Source of the DNA: Rickettsiales bacterium
GTDB taxonomy: Bacteria; Pseudomonadota; Alphaproteobacteria; Rickettsiales; Midichloriaceae
Length of the DNA stretch: 38,037 nt
Assembly (NCBI GenBank): GCA_044446225.1
Contig: JBIOER010000001.1
Span: forward strand, 1-38,037
Direction of reading: 5' to 3'
Shown here: positions 1 through 7,300 of the stretch, piece by piece
Layout: the number at the start of each line of letters is the position of its first letter
How positions within the stretch are numbered: position 1 is the stretch's first letter
Made by a program: the position numbers and the translations under genes
The notes under the pieces: model-generated
Seen by the model: the letters and a program-made list of their open reading frames with translations, nothing else
What the model was told of the DNA's origin: nothing
Databases searched by the model: none

Positions 1-36
1 CTCCTTAACGGCGCGCTAGATTTCAAATTATACCAT
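1..36 (-). promoter_or_regulatory. Extended -10 promoter and Shine-Dalgarno of a minus-strand gene that starts beyond the left edge
   Basis: The reverse complement of 27..35 reads TGGTATAAT (TGnTATAAT extended -10). The reverse complement of 1..6 reads AAGGAG and points out of the window. No start codon is visible inside the window. Confidence 0.35.
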
Positions 37-216
37 CTCTTAAGTCATCAATTGTGGTTGCTGTAGACTATAAAACATATACAGGGGAATCTTTGTTTAC
101 CTGCAGCGGCAGGTATCCAGGTTTTGGGCGGGTTGCAAGGCTTACCCACGCCTGCTAGATGAGCTGAAAAACTATTTGCGAGTAGCCAAGAAGGCAAATC
201 CTCAAGTTTTGTCATG

Positions 217-238
217 TACTTTAATATTACTTTAATAT
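217..238. repeat. Perfect tandem 11-mer (TACTTTAATAT x2) upstream of ORF 275..1120
   Basis: Read directly: 217..227 and 228..238 are identical. The repeat lies about 40 nt upstream of the GAGGA ribosome-binding site of the downstream ORF. Its function is unknown. Confidence 0.9.
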
Positions 239-274
239 TTATCTGCTATACTCCACGTTTTAAATTGTGAGGAA

Positions 275-1120
275 TTGATGAAAATCAAGGTTGATTTTGA
301 AGGATTATATGATTGCTTAAAAGGAGAAGGACTTAAAGGTAACTTCAAAGAAGTAGTCAGAATGTTAAATGGCGTTCGTTCGTGGGGTCTAGACGACACT
401 GATGATTTCGATCAAAATGACTTTCTTTACATCAAGAAAATCCACGACCTCTCTTTTAATTTACTGTCTACCGTTGCCAGCGGTAACTGCAGCAAGAATG
501 AAACATTAACGCACTGGGAAATGACGTTTGCACTTGCGGTTAGCAAAACCTCACCCGTGCTGGATGAAAAAGCACTATTTGAAAGCGTGAACCACTGCAA
601 ATATGATTTGACGAGAAAAATTCTTAAACAACTTCCCCTCGATGGCAACCCAGCCATTAATGAGGTCTACACCATTTTGGAAGCGCGGATGAAAAAAATT
701 CGTCTTGCCCTATATATATTGGCAGTAGTTCCAAATGGAACAGCTCTAAGCAACAAGTTGTACGAGCATCTTGATAAAGTAGAAGCCGTGTTTAAAAACA
801 CGCATACAGAAGCGGTTAATTCATCGCCCACACAGGTTAGAACAACTTTTATTCCAAAAGAAAAAGTGCATTTTTCAAATGTAGTAACTGCCTCTATTTT
901 TTATGAGTCAGGTTTACCATTTAATATTACAGACAGTTTGCGCCCGGATATTTCCGAAATGCCGGCTCATCCTGGATACGTTTACACTTCAAGGTATCAT
1001 TGCACTAGTAATCAAATTATCAAAAGCGACCCCACGTTGTATAGTAGAGCTAACAAAAATTACTGGGTAGAAAAGGCCACTAAAAAACTTTTTGACGAAC
1101 TTCCCTTTCGAGAAATATAG
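275..1120 (+). CDS. Hypothetical protein (281 aa), no recognisable domain
   Basis: Long uninterrupted ORF. GAGGA lies 4-5 nt before the ATG at 278, so the TTG at 275 is probably not the real start. There is no signal peptide or TM segment, and I recognise no motif. Confidence 0.6.
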   Translation: MMKIKVDFEGLYDCLKGEGLKGNFKEVVRMLNGVRSWGLDDTDDFDQNDFLYIKKIHDLSFNLLSTVASGNCSKNETLTHWEMTFALAVSKTSPVLDEKALFESVNHCKYDLTRKILKQLPLDGNPAINEVYTILEARMKKIRLALYILAVVPNGTALSNKLYEHLDKVEAVFKNTHTEAVNSSPTQVRTTFIPKEKVHFSNVVTASIFYESGLPFNITDSLRPDISEMPAHPGYVYTSRYHCTSNQIIKSDPTLYSRANKNYWVEKATKKLFDELPFREI

Positions 1121-1165
1121 CAACCTTTTAAGAATGATAGCAAATTCAGTTTTTAAATTGGCCTT

Positions 1166-1333
1166 AAAAGGGTAAACCAATGAAGCCGTCGGATCTTGTC
1201 ACTACAGGCCCCTTTTATGTAAAGGTGGGCGCCATATTACTAGCCCAATGGGTCTAGTGAGGGACAGCACCCTGATGTAGTTTTGTAGGCCCCGATGATC
1301 ATAAGTCCTTGCTCGCGCTCCCGAGCTTACCCT
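1166..1333 (-). ncRNA. Candidate structured small RNA, rod-like fold, possibly 6S (ssrS)-like
   Basis: This GC-richer intergenic block has its own promoter (see 1339..1367). The 5' AGGGUAAGCU pairs with the 3' GGUUUACCCU (10 bp) and is followed directly by UUUU. Further cross-arm helices are GGACUU/AAGAUCC and ACUACA/UGUAGU, with an apical hairpin CUAGACCC-AUU-GGGCUAG. There is no credible ORF on this strand. Confidence 0.35.
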
Positions 1334-1338
1334 GCAAC

Positions 1339-1367
1339 ATTATACCGTGTTTATGCCAACAAGGCAA
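1339..1367 (-). promoter_or_regulatory. Sigma70-type promoter TTGCCT-N17-TATAAT for the candidate sRNA
   Basis: On the minus strand the -35 TTGCCT lies at 1362..1367 and the -10 TATAAT at 1339..1344, with a 17-nt spacer. The predicted start (A1333/G1332) is the first base of the closing stem. Confidence 0.4.
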
Positions 1368-1649
1368 TCAGTTGATTTTATTCGCAGCGTGGAGCACCTG
1401 AAGGATCCCCGCTACAGCAGCATAGGCCTCAAAAGGAATGTAGTCGTCGACCTCAAGGATCGATAGAATTGCCGTCAGATCTTCGTCTTTAACAATTGAT
1501 ATGTTGTTTTTTTCAGCGATTTTGATGATTTGCTCAGCGACGGTCCCTTGCCCCTTAGCGGCGATTTTCGGCGCAGGGTTCTCCCGCTTATACTTAAGCG
1601 CCACCGCAATTATTTTTTTTAGCTTAACCTGCCGATCATTCACGTTCAT
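1368..1649 (-). CDS. Stand-alone FlhB C-terminal-domain-like protein (EscU/YscU/HrcU family, YlqH-like), 93 aa
   Basis: AVALKYKRENPAPKIAAKGQGTVAEQIIKIAEKNNISIVKDEDL matches the post-cleavage cytoplasmic domain of FlhB/YscU. The protein has no TM region and no NPTH site. Its start overlaps the iscX stop by 14 nt. Confidence 0.75.
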   Translation of the reverse strand: MNVNDRQVKLKKIIAVALKYKRENPAPKIAAKGQGTVAEQIIKIAEKNNISIVKDEDLTAILSILEVDDYIPFEAYAAVAGILQVLHAANKIN

Positions 1650-1830
1650 CTATCCATGTACTTTGTATAGCTTCTAAGATCTTTTCATTGCAGCGTTTAG
1701 GATCATCATTAAAGCCATCCAGGCCAAGTACCCAAGCTTGCAAATCAGTAAACCTTAGATTTACTATGTCTATATCAGGATATTTTTCTTCTAACGCAAT
1801 TGCAATATCTATAACATCAGTCCAGCGCAT
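1636..1830 (-). CDS. iscX: Fe-S cluster assembly protein IscX (YfhJ)
   Basis: MRWTD...[48 protein letters not shown] is colinear with E. coli IscX (KWTD..YPDLDP..VRFTD...[16 protein letters not shown]). Confidence 0.85.
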   Translation of the reverse strand: MRWTDVIDIAIALEEKYPDIDIVNLRFTDLQAWVLGLDGFNDDPKRCNEKILEAIQSTWIDERE

Positions 1831-2815
1831 TTCCGCCCTTTATTTCCTTAAACAAATGTTTCACTATCTTATCTATACCGTCGGTAGTCGCACCAGAGCA
1901 CGTAAAAACCTTGTTTTTACAAACTTTTTTAAGCGCTTTCAATTTCGCTTTAAGCTCGTCCTCACTTAGTAAATCCGTCTTGTTTAAACAAACGATTTCA
2001 AGCTTATCTTTAAGCTTAGCACTGAAGGTTTCCAACTCTTTACGAATAAGTGTATAGCTGGCAGCAACGTCACTATTACCATCGATAAGGTGGAGAAGAA
2101 TTTTGCACCGCTCAATGTGCTTAAGGAATTTATCCCCCAAACCGTGCCCTTCACTCGCCCCTTCAATTAGTCCAGGCAGATCTGCAATCACTAAGTCCTG
2201 ATGACCAAGTAGCACGACGCCAAGTTGCGGTTTAATGGTAGTAAACGGGTAATCGGCAATTTTGGGTTTTGCTGAAGACACAATCGATAAGAACGTTGAT
2301 TTGCCAGCGTTAGGCAGCCCAACCAATCCCACATCCGACAATAATTTTAGCTTCAACCATACCCACAGCTCATCGCCAGGATATCCAGGAGTTGCCCGGC
2401 GTGGCGCTTGATTAACCGAGCTTTTATAGTTGATATTACCACGCCCGCCATTGCCACCACGCGCCATAAGGTACTCTTTGCGCGGATCATCGACGTCAAA
2501 TAACAATGTTTGACCGTCTTCGGAGAAAATCTGCGTGCCCACCGGGACGATGATGTACATATCCTCGCCTGAGGCTCCAGTGCAATTGCGACCTCTGCCG
2601 CCAACGCCTTTATCCGCTTTAAAATGCTGTTTATAACGAAAATCAATTAACGTGTTGAGGTTAGGATCGGCCTTAAAAATGATGTTACCGCCCCTGCCTC
2701 CGTTGCCGCCATCTGGGCCACCTTGCTCCACAAACTTCTCCCGGTGGAAGCTGATACAGCCTTTCCCGCCGTCGCCAGCTTTTAGATAAATCTTTGCCTC
2801 ATCAATAAAGTGCAT
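1817..2815 (-). CDS. obg: GTPase Obg/CgtA
   Basis: The N-terminal Obg fold reads [45 protein letters not shown]. The G motifs are [18 protein letters not shown] and NKTD. GAGGG precedes the start. Confidence 0.97.
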   Translation of the reverse strand: MHFIDEAKIYLKAGDGGKGCISFHREKFVEQGGPDGGNGGRGGNIIFKADPNLNTLIDFRYKQHFKADKGVGGRGRNCTGASGEDMYIIVPVGTQIFSEDGQTLLFDVDDPRKEYLMARGGNGGRGNINYKSSVNQAPRRATPGYPGDELWVWLKLKLLSDVGLVGLPNAGKSTFLSIVSSAKPKIADYPFTTIKPQLGVVLLGHQDLVIADLPGLIEGASEGHGLGDKFLKHIERCKILLHLIDGNSDVAASYTLIRKELETFSAKLKDKLEIVCLNKTDLLSEDELKAKLKALKKVCKNKVFTCSGATTDGIDKIVKHLFKEIKGGNALD

Positions 2816-2832
2816 ACACCCTCAAAACGGCT

Positions 2833-2838
2833 ATTATA
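2833..2838 (-). promoter_or_regulatory. Possible -10 box (TATAAT) for obg
   Basis: The reverse complement of 2833..2838 is TATAAT, about 18 nt upstream of the obg ATG (GAGGG-tgt-ATG). The -35 (CTATTA) is poor. Confidence 0.25.
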
Positions 2839-2864
2839 GCAGAGTTTATTTAAAATAATAGGAA

Positions 2865-2993
2865 TTAGTCGTTATAGGCATCACCCGTACGATTTACGAC
2901 TGGGCGCTTGCCTTTTTCAACTTCAAAATTGCCTTGGGAACAACTAGTGAGTGCAAAAGCTAGGAAAAATGCTAGTATAAATCTACGTACCAT
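2865..2993 (-). CDS. Small putative lipoprotein (42 aa), below the ORF-track threshold
   Basis: My translation is MVRRFILAFFLAFALTSCSQGNFEVEKGKRPVVNRTGDAYND. It has a positively charged N-terminus, a hydrophobic core and the lipobox-like L-T-S-C. GAGG lies 5 nt before the ATG. Confidence 0.45.
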   Translation of the reverse strand: MVRRFILAFFLAFALTSCSQGNFEVEKGKRPVVNRTGDAYND

Positions 2994-3004
2994 GGATACC
3001 TCGT

Positions 3005-4231
3005 ATGGATAAAATATATAGCAAATTACTTACTCTAATCAAGCCAAAAAATTACAGCTTAAAGGATTACTTCTTTACCAGCGAGTCCGTTGCTGAAGGC
3101 CATCCAGACAAAGTGTGCGATCAAATATCGGACTTAATTCTTGATGAATATCTTGCCAATGATCCCACCGCCAGAGTAGCGGTAGAGACATTAGCTGCAC
3201 CCAATAACTTAGTCATTGCTGGGGAGATCAAGTCCGTCTATAAGCCCGAGGCAGGTAGGATCGAGCAGCTCGCGCGGGAACACGTCCAATCTTTGGGGTA
3301 CGACCAGAACCCCTTCCACTTTCAAAATATCAATATTCAAAATCTACTGCATGAACAGTCGCCTGAAATAGCTATGGGTGTAGATGGCAGCCATGGCAAA
3401 GAGGAGGGAGCCGGTGATCAAGGAATTATGTTTGGCTATGCTTGCCATGAAACCGAGGAGCTGATGCCCGCCCCAATTTTATACGCCCACCGGCTGATTA
3501 GAAGCCTAATGGAGGCCGTAAAAGCTAAAAAACTGGTTGGCTTAGGCCCGGATGGCAAATGTCAGATTACCTTGGAATATGGCGCTAATAAGCTGCCCTT
3601 TAGGGCCGATACGGTGGTAGTTTCAATTCAGCACTCTCCCCATATCTCTTTAGAAGAGGTGCGCGATATGATTACTCCCTATGTGCTGGAAGTACTCCCC
3701 AGCGGCTGGTTCACCGATGCGACCAAGCTCTATGTGAACCCCACAGGAGCGTTTACAATTGGCGGGCCAAATAGCGATACTGGGCTCACTGGCAGAAAAA
3801 TCATCGTTGATACTTACGGCGGTGCAGCTCCCCATGGCGGAGGAGCATTTTCTGGCAAAGACCCCTCCAAAGTAGATCGCTCCGCAGCTTACGCCGCGCG
3901 CTATATTGCCAAAAACATTGTTGCAGCAGGATTTGCCGACAAATGCCTAATTCAAATCTCTTATGCCATTGGCATGGCGCATCCCCTATCGATTTATGTC
4001 AACACTTTCCGCACTGCCATAGTTAAGGAAGAGCGCCTTGTTAAAGTGGTTTCCAAAGCAATGGACTTGACTCCCAGAGGGATTCGCAATCATTTAAAAC
4101 TCGACCGAGCCATCTATTTACCAACTGCGACCTACGGACATTTCGGCCGTCAACCCACCCCCAAAGGGCATTTTTCGTGGGAAAAAATCGACCTCATCGA
4201 CTCGATTAAGTCTTTGATTAGAACTGTGTAG
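3005..4231 (+). CDS. metK: S-adenosylmethionine synthetase
   Basis: FTSESVAEGHPDKVCDQISD, GAGDQGIMFGYA and GGGAFSGKDPSKVDRSAAY are all present. The protein has a roughly 20-aa N-terminal extension, and no Shine-Dalgarno sequence is visible before 3005. Confidence 0.96.
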   Translation: MDKIYSKLLTLIKPKNYSLKDYFFTSESVAEGHPDKVCDQISDLILDEYLANDPTARVAVETLAAPNNLVIAGEIKSVYKPEAGRIEQLAREHVQSLGYDQNPFHFQNINIQNLLHEQSPEIAMGVDGSHGKEEGAGDQGIMFGYACHETEELMPAPILYAHRLIRSLMEAVKAKKLVGLGPDGKCQITLEYGANKLPFRADTVVVSIQHSPHISLEEVRDMITPYVLEVLPSGWFTDATKLYVNPTGAFTIGGPNSDTGLTGRKIIVDTYGGAAPHGGGAFSGKDPSKVDRSAAYAARYIAKNIVAAGFADKCLIQISYAIGMAHPLSIYVNTFRTAIVKEERLVKVVSKAMDLTPRGIRNHLKLDRAIYLPTATYGHFGRQPTPKGHFSWEKIDLIDSIKSLIRTV

Positions 4232-4354
4232 TCGGCCTCTATAGAGCGATCCCGCAGTGGGATGTTTATAACTCTATATGACAATAATTTATTTTTTGCT
4301 GTTAATTATGTATTGATGTAGTTTGATTCCATATGATATGCAAGGGGGTGTTTA

Positions 4355-7300
4355 GTGGTCGTTGGCAAGTACGTTGAAGACAATAAAAATGAAAATATTG
4401 TTAAGCTAATAAAAAGTAGAATTGAAAATTTAAGACCTAAATTATTAGATCTTACGCGTCGCAACCCACTATTATCAGTTAAATATTCTGACAGATCCAA
4501 TTCTTACATAAGGGTTGTAGATGAGGTTCTGAGTGCTTTATTTGCTAGATTGAGCTCCGGAGAAATAAAAATTGTTCCTTTGCCGGCTCTAGAAGAAGAT
4601 CCAAAAGATGAATTATCGCGAGAATTTTTGGACGCCTTAGCAGAGGCAAGGCTTACTGATCTACTGTACTTAAAGGCGTTAGATGAAATTAATCAAGATG
4701 ACAAAGATTCAGCAAATTTATTATCCCTTACTGATCGCGGCTTGAAAGACCGGCTAAGAGAGCAGTTGACTATGCCACCTAGACAAACCAAAGCTAATAC
4801 TTCAGTACAGCAGCATGCTTTGAACCATAAAATCAACCCCAGTTATGATCTTTTAAAGATACCTGAGGGAGATCATCATAATGACGAAGAAATTCAAACA
4901 CTTTTGCTTCCTGATCTGCTGGAAAGAAGAGTTAATGCTCTGTACACCAAAGAGAAAACATGGGTAGATGAAACTGGAATTAGCGTTCTCCATGCAGCCT
5001 TTGGTTTCTTAGAGTGGCAAGAAAACAATACATCCCAACCATCTTACGCTCCACTTATTCTACTACCTGTTGTGTTAGAAAAAAAACGCTCTTCTTCTGG
5101 CCAAGTATTCTTATTAAATGGCAGTGAAGATGCCCCTCTGGGAAATACAGTTCTAGCTGAAAAATTGCGGCTTGAGTTTAATATTATCATTCCTGAATAT
5201 ACTTCTGAGCAGCCTATAGATGAATATTTAGAGTTAATAGCTAAGCAAATTCCCAAAAGCTTACCTTGGAAGGTGCGACCATGGGTAACAATAGGAGTAT
5301 TTCCTTCGGCTCGTTTAGCCATGTATTACGATTTAAATACAAAATTAAGCACTAGCTGGGATTTTGCTAGTCATCCAGTTATTTCAGCTCTGCTTGGAGG
5401 TTCTGAAACAGGAAACGATAACACCCCATTTGGAGATGAATATGAGGTAGACGACCCTGAAATTGAAGCCAAAGTTCCATTATTAGTGACCGATGCAGAT
5501 TCTTCTCAGTTTAGTGTTATTGCCGATATATCCGACGGCAAGAATTTAGCTGTTGAAGGCCCCCCTGGCACGGGTAAATCTCAAACAATTGTAAATACAA
5601 TAGCCGCCATGTTGGCTAAAGGTAAGAAAATTCTATTTGTAGCGGAAAAAGTAGCCGCTCTTGAAGTGGTTAGGACAAGACTTGAAGCGTTTAGCTTGGG
5701 GGAATATATTTTATCTTTGCAGGCGACACGCTCATCTAAAACTCAGGTTATAGCTTCAATTCGCGAACGCATAGAAATGGAGTCCTGTACAGAACCAAAG
5801 GAGTTAGAAAACAAAATTTCTCAATTTAAGAAAGCTCGCCAAGAGATTAAATCATATATTGATGTATTGAAAACGCCCTTTTTAGAGACAGGGCTTAACA
5901 CGTATCAAATTCTAGGCCGCAGCATTAACTTAAGAAAAAGTACCGATTCACTTCCTAACTCTCTAAAGAATTATAGTTTCTCAGACTTACAAATCATGAC
6001 TACAGCTAAAGTAGATGAAATTATTTCAATTTGCCAAAACCTTGAACAAGCTTGGTTAGACACCAAACAACATCCTGATTGGTGGAAGGGAATAACCGTT
6101 ACCAATTTAGCCCCATTTATAACATCTGACATATTAAAACAAGTAAATGAAGCTGCTATCACTTATACCAAATTAGTTGCTATTAGAGAGACGCTTCATG
6201 CGTTTGGGATTGATAAGGAAAAGCAGATAGAAAAATTAACAATATTTGGCTTAGGGATAAGTAGCCTGCTAGGTACTGTCAAAAGCAATCATGTGCCATT
6301 AGCGCTCACATGTAATTCTCAAGAGGTGATTAAACGAGTTCAATCATTTGTTGATGCAGCAAGTAAATTACAAGAGGAACGTGAGGAACTAGAAACGCAT
6401 ATTATAAATATATTTGAACCAGGTGTTTTAGAAAACGTTACTCGAATCACAGAACTTGTAGTTCGTTATAATATAGGCGATATAGCTGATGTAACTCTAG
6501 ACAAATTAATTGATGAAAGATTAGTCCATATTTCAAAGCTTACAGAGGCAATATCTTTTTTATATAGCGCATCATTTATTTCACCAGCTTTTCGTCAGCT
6601 GCCGATTAAAAGCATTCTTGCTGCCTGTGAATTAGTAAGAAAATTACCCAGAGACGCCCTAATGCTGCGAAGTAAAGAGTTAATGACTTCTGATTCTAAA
6701 ATCATCATAGAAAAAGCAAAAAAACGAACTGAGAATTTATGCTTACAACAAGCGAGTCTGATAAATAAATTTCAACTTACACCTCTACCCGATCAAAATC
6801 TATTGATGCACCACCTAGGTATACTTGCGAACTCAAATATATTTTCTTTCTTCACACCGAGTTATCATAAAGCTAAAAAATTTTATATCGGGCTCTCTAA
6901 GAACGTCACTTTTAACAAGGAGACTGCAATATCAGGGTTGAAGGAGTTCCATAAGTGGCTATCTGACACTAACGAATTATTCTCAGATAAAAACATGCTA
7001 AATATTCTTGGTTTGAGATTTAACAAATTAGAAACGAACTTTGAACCATATATCGAGCTATTTAATTATTTCGCTGAAATCGACCGAAGTTTTTCAGAAC
7101 TAGAAGCTATGCCTCTTAAAGAGTTTTTGCGTTTAGGTGATAATGATAGCCTGCTTTCACTGCCTCAACCCCCTATAGATCATCCTGTGAGATTATTCCA
7201 AAGCGATACTTTAGCATCTGTTGAAGAACAGCTTAGGAAATTCGAAGATGAGTTACTTCAGGTTAAAGCTGCTATAGAAGATATTAAAAAGGCAACTAAG

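Noticed and set aside
989-1180. 63-aa minus-strand ORF with a TTG start
   Set aside because: It starts inside the 3' strand of the candidate sRNA closing stem and runs antisense through the end of ORF 275..1120. There is no ribosome-binding site, so it is probably spurious.
4249-4263. Hairpin ATCCC-GCAGT-GGGAT after metK, considered as an intrinsic terminator
   Set aside because: It has only a 5-bp stem and a poor U-tract (GTTTAT), which is too weak to call as a feature.
4274-4290. Possible direct repeats flanking the helicase gene, as att or target-site duplication: CTATATGACAATAATTT (4274..4290) versus CTATAAGCGACAATTTT (9466..9482)
   Set aside because: The match is only gapped and imperfect in A+T-rich spacer DNA. 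No integrase, transposase or tRNA lies nearby. This is not distinguishable from chance by eye.
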